Shown here: positions 25,105 to 38,200 of the stretch, one piece after another
How the letters are laid out: every line of letters begins with the position of its first letter
How positions within the stretch are numbered: position 1 is the first letter of the stretch
Assembly (NCBI RefSeq): GCF_021028975.2
Contig: NC_059430.1
Location: 95,790,001-95,854,000, forward strand
DNA from: Sphaerodactylus townsendi
Taxonomy: Eukaryota
Length of the DNA: 64,000 nucleotides
Direction: 5' to 3'
Made by a program: the position numbers and the translations under genes
The notes under the pieces: generated by a model
The model's input: the letters and a program-made list of their open reading frames with translations, nothing else
Databases searched by the model: none
What the model was told of the DNA's origin: nothing

Positions 25105-27760
25105 GTGAGTGCTGGGAGAATGGGATGGGGGATTTTTCTGTTGTTATTGGCCTGACTTCCAGCATCCCTGGCTGTGGCCCTGATGCAAGTCCACTGTTGT
25201 ACCTTCGGATTGGCAGAGCCGTTTGGTGTAGCAGTAATGCAGCTGAGCTCTGAACAAGAAGTGCCTGGTTTATTTTCTTTGCATTTAATTACTGAATGTA
25301 TAGCCCACCATTCTCACTGAGACGTGAGGTGAATCACACAGTGGGAAACTGTGATCAAACAGTCTGAGCCGTCCAATAAACAATGCAATGGAACCAGGAT
25401 TGCAAAAATTAGAAGCAATTCAAAAAAAGCATCATTAATCATTATAAATATGTCTGTCTTCATGATGGTGTGTAAGCTGTATGCAGAGAGAGATCTTACT
25501 TGTTGCTTGGAGTCTGGCCTTTGCAAGATTCCTCTTACTCAAGACCAAGCCTTGCTTTCACTCCAGTAGTATCCCTCAAGCTTTAACTGACCCTCCCCAA
25601 AGCCATCTGCTTCTGCTGAAGAAAGCCAAAGGACTCAAGTCAGGTTTTCTGATTCAGATTTTGAATTGGGAAGAGAAGCCAGTGTCATCTGGGTTTGCTC
25701 TGAGCTGATCAACATTTTTTTTCAAGCACAAAGTTTTGAACAGGATGTGTGCAACTCTGAAGCAGCAAGATTTGTGATCAACGTCATGCCAAGTATGTTC
25801 TAAGAATCCTTGGTGCTACGTATAGGCTTTCAGTTTGAGAATCCCAGGACTATCCTTTTGTTTTTCTAGGTCTCTTAAAATACAGCTGGTTGAGTGCTCC
25901 TCCACAATTATAGGTGGGCAGGAACGGGAGCTGAGCATTGTCTACTGAGTGATGCTCAGTGGCTCAGGTGGGCTGCAGATCAGCACAACACCAGTTGCCA
26001 GCTGTTTCTGTTGCAAATGAGCCTCTGGGGTAGAAAAAGCCAGGGGTCCTACATGTCTTTGGAAAGAAAAACACGCTGAACAACAGTGTAATTTTTCCTG
26101 TCTTGAGAGAGCCTGGGAGCAGCTGGAGCAAATGGCCTCCTGGGCTCACACAGCGGGATTCAGGAAAGAGAACTTTATGTAAGCAATGACTCTGTTGGCA
26201 GGGTTTGCTAGCATGCACCTAGCTCTTCATTAAGGGCCCTTTGGCAAATCCCTGGACGACTGCAAGATGGAAACTTTATGCATTCTATGTAACATACCAG
26301 TATTCTGTTCAGTGCTTAGGTTCAGTATATTTCATGTACTTTCTTCTGTTGTTGTTATTACTGGTTTTGATTTGTGTGATAAAAATGCATGGCAAGGATG
26401 TGGATTGGCCACAGGCAGGGGAAATGGAAGGAAGGGAAGAGTGCAGAAACATTTCTGTAGAAGCTTGCTGTATGCCCACGAGAGCTAGGAATCGCTGCTT
26501 GCAAAAATGGAGATTTCCCATGGCAGTTGGCTCTTCACACCCATTAGGCCAGGGTGTGACTTCAAAGGCTATTCACCAGTTTGCCAAACAGATTATACAG
26601 AACTGCTGCGGTTCACATGTGAGAGGCAGTGAGTTGTAGTGGGTAGTGTGTGGCCTACCCTGGGAAATCTAAGTTCCAATTCTCTGGGGTTGGTAAGATC
26701 CCTGGGTGGCCATTTCTATCTCTCAGCCTCAGTGGGTTAATTGCAAGAGAGGGCGGGGGTTGTCTGTGTGAGAGAATAAGAGCGAGGGGAGGGTAGAAAA
26801 AGGCTATATATCATCCTTAGAGGAAGGATAGGAGCCAGATGTAATCTTTGTATCATTTCTCTTGCATTGTTTATTACCTGCTCTGCCTGAAGAGATTTTG
26901 AGCAGCTTAAAAAAATGCAAAATACTACTTTTTGAACCAATTTGTGGTATTTCATATGACAATATCCAAAGAAGAGGATCAATCCAAGCATGAATATTGG
27001 TGTCCATCAATTTGAGAAAGGAAGCATTCAAAATAGCAGTACAAAATGTGAACTAACTGTCCAAGCCACACTCCTTGGTAGCATTAATTCTGTCCGTTGG
27101 CGAGAGAAAGACTCTCATCCATGGGGAAGGAAGCAATAATATGTACAGGAAATGTCATTATTTTTGTTCCTGAAGTGTGGAGGTCCATCTAACAAAGTAT
27201 ACTTTATAAAGTGTTGAGTGATCATCTAATCTCGTAATTAAAACAGTGTCAGTTTCCTGAACAGTCTGAACCTAGGACTGATCATCTATTGAGATTTAGA
27301 GTGACTGCATTCAGACATCACAGTATTTATGCAACAAACTGATTAGTATTCTGGATGTTAGTGACAAATCCTGGCTGGTGCTTGAACTCTAAAGTCTACT
27401 TCTTGCTTCCTCTCCAGCTCTGAAGCCATTTTTCCTGCTGGGTCATCTCTAGCCAGGCACCAATGAGAGACTGTGCTACTCAGCAAAGGGTGGTTTCTGC
27501 ATTCAGACATCTCCGTAAACCACAATTAATAACAACCGTGGTTAACAAGCCAGCTGCAAACCCTAGTTTGAAATCCCAAATTGGTGTCAACAGAGAAAAC
27601 CCAAATTGACAAACAACGTTCCAGCTAACCAGGAGTTTGATTAAACCCATGTTATGAAAACAGCTTTTCAGAACATCTGATGGGGGTTGCATCAATGGTT
27701 CTGAGCTGCTTTCTGATTCCTTTATACCCCCAAGCTCATTTTTGTGCTTTTCGTTTCTAG

Positions 27761-27941
27761 TTTTTAATTGAGGACACCAATGAGTTGTGGCACAATCACT
27801 GCATCCGTGATTTCAAGAAGGAGAAGCCAGAGGAGTTTGAGTCATGGCGGGAGATGTACCTGCGCCTACACGATGCCCGAGAGCAACGGCTGCTCATGCT
27901 GACCCAGAACATCCGCTCGGCTCAAGCCAATAAGCCCAAAG
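27761..27941 (+). CDS. ELOA: Elongin A coding exon 8
   Basis: TTCTAG| [60 protein letters not shown] |GTAAAG. Confidence 0.97.
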
Positions 27942-29041
27942 GTAAAGGGGAGAGCTGGACCCAAAGATAGCATGAGATGTAGAGGCACCATTCATCTTCT
28001 GCTGGTTCTGAAAGGCAGTTGGGATCAGGTCGCTAGCTTTTGTTTTAGACCTTCTCTTTGCCTTTAACAGTACTTCTATGTTGGATGCTTTGCTTTGCTA
28101 CATTTTTGCACATCTGGCCGTTGCTAAGAGCAACAGAGCAGGCTCAATATGTTACTGTAGTAGCAGTAATTTTAATAAAAATAATATTTTCACTTACAAT
28201 TGGCCTTTCTCAGTGGGTTCCAAGGCAGATCACAAGCACATCAAGAAAACTTTGCAGCCAATCAATACACAGAATTCAATATGTGATAATATTTGAATCT
28301 AACAGCAGATATTCCTAGTAAGACAACATGATGCATTTGGGCTGAGATTATAGGACTGGGGGAGGGGGTATGGGGGGGGGGAACAGACCAACACATGCAA
28401 ACACATGTATATATAGATAAATTATATATACGATGTTTTAAACTTTTATTGTTGATGGAAACCGCCCTGAGCCTTCGGGGAGGGCGGTATATAAATATAA
28501 CAAACAAACAAACAATGTGTTTAAGGCAGTGATTCTCAACCTTCCTAATAACCTTCCTGTTACTTTTGGGGCATAGCATAACCAGAGGTTCCATAGGTTT
28601 TGCTGTTTCTATGCCATGTGGCAGAGGGACAAATAGCCCCTGTTAATGGTTCCTGTCTTTGCTGCAACTGGATGTAATGTGTTACCTGTCCTGTAAAGCC
28701 CTTGACATGCTGTTGCTGATTAGAAAAGGCTTCTGTTCTGCCCATGCACGGCTGGCTGTAGAAAAGAAATTGTTGTAGGGAACTTGTTGGAACTTGGAGA
28801 AAGAAGGTGCAGATGAGGCCTGGTGGGTGGGGAGGGTACCTGCCTTCAGTGAAGATGTCGGCCGACTGCTGTGAACTAGGGGAAAAGCTTTCTGGCCAGT
28901 CTTTGAGGCCTTGACCATCTTCTTTTGGCTAACCTGAGTTTCTCTCATTCACTGATTCTATGGGAAGAGCAGCTTGGCCAGTCTTTGAAGCTTGAATGGA
29001 CCAGCTTCCTTTGGCTAACCTGAGTTTCTCTCCCACTCTAG

Positions 29042-29153
29042 GCAGAGTAGCTAAGATGGCATTTGTCAATTCTGCTGCTAAGCCCCCCCGGGACGTGCGG
29101 AGAAGACAGGAGAAATTTGGCACTGGAGGAGCAGTCGTCCCAGAGAAGATCAA
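29042..29153 (+). CDS. ELOA: Elongin A coding exon 9
   Basis: CTCTAG| (G)[36 protein letters not shown](K) |GTGAGT. Confidence 0.97.
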
Positions 29154-29385
29154 GTGAGTCTCAAGCCATATCCACTCTGTTCAGTGCCCCCCCCCCCCCC
29201 GGGGGGGGGGGGGGGGGGGCATGGAAGTCAAGCATCTTGTTCAAGAGGAATCTCCTTTTTCTGTTTTTCATATATAAAAACATATGTATGTTCAGATTTA
29301 CTGAAGCTGCTAAGTGGTCATCCTTGTACGTGGGCCAAGTGGTTCTATCATTTAGGATCTTTCTTTCTCTCTCTCTCTTTCTCAG

Positions 29386-29543
29386 GATAAAGCCAGTTCT
29401 CTTCTCCCCGGGAAAAAGCAGCAGTGTTCAAGTGGAAGAGGAACAGGCCTATGAAGGGCCCAGCACAAGCAGCGGTCACTTGGGTCCATCTGCAGGCAGC
29501 ACTTCCTCCGTTAGCTATGACCCTCGGAGGCCCCCCGTGAAGA
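29386..29543 (+). CDS. ELOA: Elongin A coding exon 10
   Basis: TCTCAG| IKPVLFSPGKSSSVQVEEEQAYEGPSTSSGHLGPSAGSTSSVSYDPRRPPVK |GTAAGT. Confidence 0.95.
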
Positions 29544-31112
29544 GTAAGTGACTGGAGATACTCCAGTATCACTTTTGCCGGCGATCGTGTCTGGCTTGAA
29601 TTTCCTGCCACGGGATATGGAATGTCTGGGGTTGTATCAGAGCTGCTGCATATCTAGAAGAAAAGGGGCAATGGCGGGGGTGGGGAGTGGGGAGAAGCCA
29701 TCCTAAACCGAGTGCCAAGTGGCTAGAGCAGTGTCTTTTAACTTATATTTCAGGGAGCCCTAGTATAGGTTTTCCTGGAAGCTTATAATGTGGCTTTCTT
29801 CAGTAGGGAGATGGGTAGTTCATTCTGAAACACGGACTCAGTTTGCACAGTGAAGCCTTAAGCTGGTCTAGCCTTGCTCCTGCGGCATATCTGTGCTGAC
29901 AGTCAGGATGTCTTATCAGTAGAATGATGGATATTTCCTATTCCTTTCTCGGTGGCAGCCCAAATTAATCTTTGAAATGCTGCTCCTTGGGGACCAGAAC
30001 AGTATGGGGGGAGGAGTTGCTGAAAATCTCCCTTTTTGTGTTAGCAGATTTTTTTTTTGCAAGATCCAGACATGTAAGACCTTAAGTCTGTGCCCCAGTT
30101 CAGACTATGCCCAAGACCCTCAGCAACATACAGTGATCTCGGGAGACCCAAGTTGAACTGTGACGCTGAAGTGGTCTTCCTCAGGCTGACTCCTCATACG
30201 CAGTTTGGGAAATAGGATTTGGCCTTCTCCTTTTGATATCTTAAACCTTATTCCCCTTTAGTTTGTGGAGAAAGAATCAAGGTCCAAAGGAAGTTAATCT
30301 TGTTCCAATATGGAGTGAGAGAGAGAGTTAAAATGTAACTGTAACCCCCTCAGAAGGGGGCCTCCGAGATGGGGAGTGGCTTTTAGGAGTGGGAGTTCGG
30401 TATTAAAGATTGATGGGGTTGCAAGTCTCGGGTTGTGGCAAATCCTTTTTCGTTCAAATTGAATATTTGAAACAATGTTTATACTGTTGCATTACTGTAT
30501 GGTTTTACATCCAGTCATCTGCCTTGAAACTTGAAATGGTTCTCTATATTAATAACTAATGGTTAATAATAAGTGTGAATAGGAATTACAGAGGAAGGTT
30601 CTAACATGTATGGTAAAAGTTTGTTTAATTTTGGCTTGGTGAGTCAAGGGAGCAGCTCCGCCTTCTAGCCCCAGGCAGTCTTATTCTGCCCACCTCTCTT
30701 GTTTGAGAATTTCAACAGGCCTTGCCTACAGGACAGAGCAGCTTGGATCCTAAGCCTCCTTTCCGCTTCACCTCCTTTGTCCTTTGGGGGGAAGGATCCT
30801 CTGCTATGGGCAACATTCCTCTAACATTGGGCCCTTTTTACTTCCCTGAGAGCCATCTATCTGGCATGAGTGAAAGTACCCAGTACCTGTAGACTGCTCC
30901 TGCAATGGAAAGGGCCATCGTAGAAGTGGAAATAAGGATCCAAATTTCTCATTAATTTCCAATTTCCAATTTCTCATTAATTTCATAACTTGTAACTTGC
31001 TCTCAGATAGGAATTTAGAACTTGCTCTCAGATAGGAACTCAGAATGTCATGGTGTGATGTTCTTGTGCATGCTTGCCCCCTTCTCAATTTTTTCTTTCT
31101 CCCCCTTTTCAG

Positions 31113-31174
31113 AAATTGCACCCATGATGGCAAAGACTATTAAAGCGTTCAAAAACAGATTCTCTCGAAGATAA
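31113..31174 (+). CDS. ELOA: Elongin A coding exon 11 (terminal)
   Basis: TTTCAG| (K)IAPMMAKTIKAFKNRFSRR-TAA. Confidence 0.97.
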
Positions 31175-32895
31175 AAGGTACCCATGAGCAAGGGAGAAGA
31201 AGAGAGCTCTTCTCTTCAGAAGCAGAATTTTGTGGGCAAACAGGAGGGGGGGGCAAGACTACCCCAACCCCAGTGGAAGACCAACAGCACAGTATTGTTT
31301 GAAGCAGCCCTCCGGTCCCATCCTCTGCTCCTGTTGCCTGGGATCTGCAAATGTGAAATCTGGATGTGTGTGGAAACGAGCAAGTCCACAGACAGCGGTT
31401 TGGCCTTTAATCTCTCTTTCTCCCCCTCCCTGCCTGAATGATGGAATGGTGAGGAATACCTCCCCCCCCCCCACCTACAGTGTTCTCCTCAACCCCAATT
31501 TAAGGGTCCAGAGCTCTTGTGCCTCGGAAGCTCTTCTCTTGAAGAAAAGCCTTTACTCCAAATCTGCCTGTTGTTTTTCAAGCCCCACCTTGCAATCCCT
31601 AGATCCTGCCAAAGGGTTTTCCAGCATTTTATCAGGCCATTTCCGGAACCTCCCTTTCATGATTCCTTCTCCCTTTAAATCCCACGTTTCAAAACATTCT
31701 TCTGTTGAAACCCTCGTGCAGATTGGGAGCAGTAGGCTTTATCTAGCTGCTGGGGATGTCTCTCCATTCTGTGTTTTGCTCATTTGAAAACAATGTGTTT
31801 TTGTGTGATGGTTGGGAGCCCTCCCACCCTCCTTTTTAAATGTCATAGGGGGGAAAAACAGCACCTGAATCTTTTGAGGGGAAGAAAAAAATATGCACAA
31901 ATCTAAATTTTCAGTACTCGGCTGTTGTTTTTTAATGGATCATGACATTTGGAAGCCAAATTTGTTTTTAAAATGAATAGTGAAGGCATTAGTGTTTAGG
32001 TTTGGGGGGAGGGGTTGTGTCTGTGTGTGTTCATTTTGTGTTTTTTATAACTTTGAAGATTTTAGATTTGTCGTTTCTCCCCTCCTTCCTGGATTTTGGT
32101 CAAAGGATGTTTGTTTTTATGCAGCTGCTTCAGGTTCACTAAATCCCTTGTAAAATACTTCAAGGGAGTCATACAGTCACTTTAGAATTTTAGTTTGTCA
32201 TGTCTGGTCACTTGATGGGAAAAAGACATCTCCTCCCCCGCCCCACCCCCAGTGAAATCGCTCTTACTCAGGAATCCTGGATGCCAGATGTTGAAAGAAG
32301 CAGCAGGCAAACTGTAGTTTTCTGTCTCTCTGGACCATCTGCCCCTGGATTAGGTGCAGTATAACATTTTCATCACAAGAGACCCAAGAGTGCTGGGAGT
32401 TGCCTCTGGTCTCACCCATCTGTGGAGAGCTTGAGGAAAATGTGTTGCTTGGCTACTTCTTTAAAATTCTGGAGGAGGGGACGCTGGGTTATAAAAACAC
32501 TATTTATCACGATAGTGATGGGTGTAGAGAGGTGTGTCTTGGGAAGCATGACTGTGTTTCCTGGTGCCAAGGCTGAAGGAATTTAGGAAGACTTATGAAG
32601 GAGAGACTGATTCATAGAGAGGGGGGGAAATCTTCTGTGATTTTCCAGTCCTGTAGCATTGAATTTTGCAAGAATGCTCCACATCTATACTAGGAGGCAG
32701 TTGGTGTTCATGAAATAGAAGACCCTCCTCCTCCTTTCCACTGATAGTCCCTCAACATTTGGGACAGAATGGGACCTTTTTCTTTCTTTCCTTCCCCCCC
32801 CCCCCCCCGTGACTCACGTGCCATGCAAGGTAGGAAAAGTCCTCTTGATGTCTCTTTGTCCAATGCTACTCCAACTCCTTTTTCTATCAGTTTTT

Positions 32896-32901
32896 AATAA
32901 A
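32896..32901 (+). terminator. ELOA: Candidate proximal ELOA polyadenylation signal
   Basis: AATAAA in a U-rich context about 1.7 kb after the stop codon. Confidence 0.5.
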
Positions 32902-34257
32902 GGTGTTTGAAAATGGGTCTCTCGGGGGTCTGCTCCAAGCTGATCGAAGGCCCCAGAAAGCTTTAAATGACATCGTGTAGCATTTCAAAGCATGTCGTGC
33001 TGTTTTTAAAAAGAAAGAAATTGTGCTCCTTTCTTGCTTTTGCTGTATTTAATTTTGCTGTATTTAGTTAATTATATTATCTGCCTCCTGTCGTGCTTTT
33101 TAATGTGTGTGGGTGTTTTTTCTCCTTTTTATAATTGGGATAGGGAAAGGGAAATAGAAAGGTTCAGAAACCAATGGGTTGGCCAGGGAGGAAAGAGTAT
33201 TTGGATGCATCCATAGGATTCCCAGGTTGTGTTAAATTTGGATACCTAAGGTCTGACCCTAGTAGACACCCCTCCTCCCTGCCCATTAAATTGCAAGTAG
33301 AAAGCTGTCAGGTCTCTCAAACCTTTGCAGCCCCAGCTGAGGGATTGCAGACCTGAAATGGCAACTAGTACTACCTGACTGAAGCCTCTTCAACCTGGCT
33401 CTTGGAATGTCATCATTCCACACAAGGGCCAGGTGGGGCGGGTCAAAGGTTTCTATAGTTCCACCCCTTCACAGTGCATATTGTAGCTGCTGCTAGGCTA
33501 GAAGGACAGGATCTCAAGTTTCCTTGACTCAGCAATGGAGATCAAGGGGCAGGCTGGGCTTATTCCACCAGGTTGCCCTCCCCCAGTGTCTGAGTGTTGC
33601 TAGTGCCACGTTTCTGGTCTGAGGTCAATATTTGGGTATTGTCTAGCGGAATGTGCAGCCTTGCCATTATCAATACCATTAGGTCTATTTCTCCGCTGAA
33701 ACTGGATCTTGATATCTGAAAATTCAGCCACCTGTCAGTATTTTGGACTAGTTTGGTGGTGGATTTTTTGCTGAGGGAAGTTTGCAGTGCAAATATTATG
33801 ACTTCTAACTGTTATAATGGAAAACATTTTCTCAATGGATAAAGCAGGCCCTCTGCAGAGGCAGGAGAAGGGGCTGTTGTGCCCCTCACTACTTGGGAAG
33901 GTGAGATCTTCCTCTCTCAAAGCCAGATTCTAAATTAATTGGTTTGAAAGAATTATGAACCTCCTTTTAAGGGGTAGACGGTGCCCAAGTGGGATCCATT
34001 AGGGAGTGAAACCACTCCACTGCTGATTCTCCTTTGGGTGTGCAGAACATTTTAAAATAAGTACTGTTTTCACTGCTACACTACAAAAAAACAGTCAATT
34101 TTTTTTGGTGTACTATGAGGAAAAGGTAATGCCGAACTACAGCTGTATTTTGGTCCCTGACTGTAAATAACAATTTTCTATGTTACTTTTTTGTGGTAAC
34201 TATGGAGATGAATATTTTAACTAGATAAGTTATATGAAAGGAAGAAAGCTGTGTCTC

Positions 34258-34263
34258 AATAAA
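34258..34263 (+). terminator. ELOA: Candidate distal ELOA polyadenylation signal
   Basis: AATAAA preceded by UGUA motifs (34144, 34162) and followed by a GU/U-rich element; it ends a TE-poor, UTR-like stretch. Confidence 0.6.
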
Positions 34264-34345
34264 AGCCAAACACTGGACTTTGTTTCTGCCCCGTCTGTGT
34301 CTTGCATGTGTACTGCTTACTTGTATTGGGAAATATACTGAGTTA

Positions 34346-35207
34346 CAGTGGTGGGATTCAAAAATTTTAGTAACAGGTTCCGATGGTGGTGGGATTCAAA
34401 CAGTGGTGTAGCGCCAATGGGGCTGGGCGGGGCATGACGGGGGCATTGCCAGGCATTCCAGGGGCGGGGCATTCCTGGGCGGGGCTGTGGCAAGGACGCA
34501 GTTCCCCTTCACCCCGCCTCTAAATTCAAATAGTGACTGTTTAAAGTATTAAAAAAGCAATATAACGAAAGGTAGCGTATTATTTCTTTTTTATATAATT
34601 ATATTGATTGATTTTAAATAATAACATGAGAGAAACCAAAAACTGTTTACAATTGTTAACATATTACAAACATATCTAGTCTATTTCTCTCAACCCCCCC
34701 AACTAAAACATCTTATATTTCCTCCCTCCTTCCCATATTTCCCTCCCTCCCTACTTTCTACTTCCCCTTCAGATTCCTGTAACTACTTTATCTATTCCAC
34801 TTGAAAGAAAATTAACAGAGGGAGAGATCTGAAATCCTTAATCTAAAAGAGTAGTTTAAACTCCTCTCTTTCCAATATACATTTCAAGGGGAAAAAAGAA
34901 CATGAAAAATCTTTACCTATAATACTTTCCCAACCTTTACACCAATGAACAAAAAAAATAGAATTACTATATATTGTATTTCATACAGTTCATATACACG
35001 TGGGGGTGCTATGGAGGGCAGGGGGCCCACGGGGCGGCCTGGGGGCGATTTTGCATCCCCCACTTGATGAGATTTGTTGTACCCAGGGACAGAGATTATC
35101 CCCTTGTCCCTAGTTGAGTTAATCATTAATAACCGGTTCTCCAAATTGAGAAAATTTTAGCAACCGGTTCTACCGAATAGGTGCGAATAGGCTGCATCCC
35201 GTCTCTG
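34346..35207. mobile_element. hAT-type non-autonomous element with an internal AT-rich insert
   Basis: Termini CAGTGGTGGGAT / ATCCCGTCTCTG; perfect 8-bp TSD CTGAGTTA (34338-34345 / 35208-35215). Confidence 0.8.
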
Positions 35208-38200
35208 CTGAGTTAATCACTTGGGTTAGATCTAAGGATTGTGCTACACTTGTGGCAGGGCTTTCTCTTGTGGAACGTTCCTTCTGTTGAAGGAAAACAC
35301 CTCTGGTAGCTGATCAGCTATGCAATGTCCGATCCTTTTGGCTTCCATACTTTGTACTACTACTAGGACCTATTTAATGGGACTGTGTCTCAGTGTCAGA
35401 ATATCTGCCTGGCATGCGGAAGGTTCCAGATAGCTGTTACTTGATTGCAAAAAAACGAGGGGGTGGGAATACCAGGACACATCCTGTTGTGAAAAAAAAA
35501 GACATTTAAAGTGTTTGGGTCACAGAGCCCCGAGACATAGAGTTGAGGCACTGATCCTCGACCCAAATGAGTGTTACAAGACTAAAACAAAGAAATTGTT
35601 TCTGTCTTTGGGGGAGCATTATTATCCCTTGAGAAGGCTCTCAGATCATCACAAGTACACAGCTGTGATTCCTCCTCCACCACCCCCCACCACCCCACCC
35701 CCGAAGGGCTATGCACCCTTTTTATTTTATTTCTTAATTTGGCCTCTATCAGAGTTTGGAATAGTAGATTGGAATGTATTTGTAATCTGGGAGCAAAAGG
35801 AAAATACAGCACAGGGAATGATACCATATCAAAGAGAGAATGTGAAAAGACCGATGCAAGCGAGCTCACTGTCCCTCCCCATTTAAAGTGTCTAATAACA
35901 GTGTCTCAATTAATTACAAACACTAACAAGAATTGCCATGAAATAGGAATGACTTATTAACTGATTGTTCTCCAATTCTGATATATTTCTTTCATTATGT
36001 GAAAGTTCATGAGAGGGAGGGTAGGAAGGGATGAATCAGTGCTTGACTCTCATGGCCCTTTCTTATATGCCCATGATAATGCTGATCACCACTTTGGGGG
36101 CAGAAAGGAATTTTACTCCAGACCAAATTGGCCAGGGCTCCTGGAAGTTTTCTGTCTTCCTCTGAGTATGCTGCGAGGGTCACTGGAGGTGGTTAGGAAA
36201 GGTGAATTTCCTGCATTGTTCAGGGGATTGAATTAGATGTTCTTTGATGTCCCTTCCAGCTCTGTATGTCTGTTTTCCTCCAGAATTCAATATAAACAAA
36301 TGGTGACCATATATTCTATGTCACCCATAAACCTCCTCAAGGAAGTAATCAATACCTCCAGTTTCACCCTTCCTTGTTCTCTTTTGTTCTCTTGCTGATC
36401 TGCCAATGAGGTTGGAAACTTTTTGGCTCCAATTCAATCTGCTTTGAGAAGCATCTTATTTCTCCCCTCTGTCTTCACACTTTAACTGTATAAAGTTAGT
36501 CCCAAGAATCCCATCCGTTGTGTTCCAGGTGTTGGGGCCTATCTCAGTAATGGGCTACAACTACTAGCTTCTGGGTAAACACATGTCTGGGGGAAGGTGA
36601 GTATGACTTTGTATTCGCTCTGCTATCCAAATGCTGGCGTTTATAAAGATTGCATCGCACTACTCTTCTCTACCCCAATTTCACCTAGGTAGCTTCCTCC
36701 TCTCACAGACAAGTCTCACTGGATTTCAACCACTGGATCAGGCTAGTATATCCTTTCTCCCTGCCATTTCTCTTTTAAGTTCATACTATTTATTTAGGTT
36801 AGGATTTAACGGAAGATAGAATCCGTAGAATATCTCTTTGGTATGTGCATGCACATGAATTTCAAAGTCTGCATTCGGTTTGTTAATTCCCTTTGATTCT
36901 ACTCTTTTCTTAACAAGTCTTTAACTTTAAACCAATGTCTGTTTGCTCTAGGAATCTATACACCCTTATGAAGCAGTGGATCAAATCCTGGACTTAGGTA
37001 TACTACAGGCAATACGCTTCCAATAATGTTTCACTTAAGCACAGCTGTGTATAGATTTCTGACCCCTTGGGGAGGACGCTTCTTTGGTCAACATATATGC
37101 ACATTTGAATAACAAAGAAGGCTGCCTGTTTTCCTCTCTCAAAGTTGGAGCAGATGACAGTTAATCCTAGGCCTGCATGGCTTCAGTAGTCATACTATTT
37201 GGATTGGGATTTATCACCTCTGGCTTGGAAAATTCCTAGAGAGTTAAAGGTTGTAATTGGGAAGAGATAAATTTGGGGAGAAACTCAGTGGGATTGTAGT
37301 GTCAATCTAGCGCTGCAACTCAATCTGAGAGCAAAATGGACTCCAGGACCTTAAAAGTACAGAATGTGGAGAAATTAAGATGGTGATGAACAGACCTTCT
37401 GTCCTTCAGTCACTTTGCAGACTTAGCTTTATCTACCAGTTGGGCATCCCCATCCAGTGGGCCAATGCACACAGCTGCGACACCACAGCAGCGCCAGCAC
37501 GCCACCCCCCAAGGAGGCTTCCTGGGAGCATGGTGAAGCTGCAAACGCAAAAAAGCCTCCCCACCACTGGCAAGACCCCATTGGACTTATGCCACCTTTT
37601 TGGTAGTGTACGTCTGAAGTCCTGGCCACCGGCACAACAGCAGCAATGGTCAGGAGGAAGCTAACATCGGCTCCACCCTTGGCTGTGCCTCCAGACTGCC
37701 CTCACTATGCTGGCGGTGGGGGGCTTAGGGACGTTGGTGCCGCATCTAGCGCCACATCCCACCACCGGGGAGAGCTGCAGCAACTGCCCACCAGTGGATT
37801 CGCCCCTCCACCAGAGCAAGTGCCCAGGAGAGAACAAATCTGCTGGCACAGCCCCACGCTGCCCCCACTATATTTGGCCTAACTAGATTTGAACAACCAG
37901 ACCTTGGCTATCTTTGTACTCTCTAATTATTGCCTGGATTACTCAAGCTTCTGCCTTTGAGAGCGGTGATTTTTATTCCCTTTGAAAGATGTATAGACCC
38001 AAAATGGGGAAGAAAAAACAACCAAGAAGGCATTTGGATTGACACTCACCTCTGAAGGCAGCCAAACAGTTACACGTTGCTATTTTTTTAAAACTAGTAA
38101 GATTTCTACTTATTCCTTTCCTAATAAGTTTAATGTATTGAACACGGAAGAAAAGCCATTAATTTAGCTATTGCCAGACCACCATTCATCTAATAGAAAT

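Larger units (their letters stand above)
5872..31174 (+). other. ELOA: ELOA (Elongin A / TCEB3) gene span, 11 coding exons, 2325-nt CDS, 774 aa
   Basis: Spliced exons give an N-terminal TFIIS-like domain, a Lys/Ser/Glu-rich middle, a BC box ([10 protein letters not shown]) and the C-terminus KIAPMMAKTIKAFKNRFSRR, matching vertebrate Elongin A. All intron phases are consistent. Confidence 0.97.
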
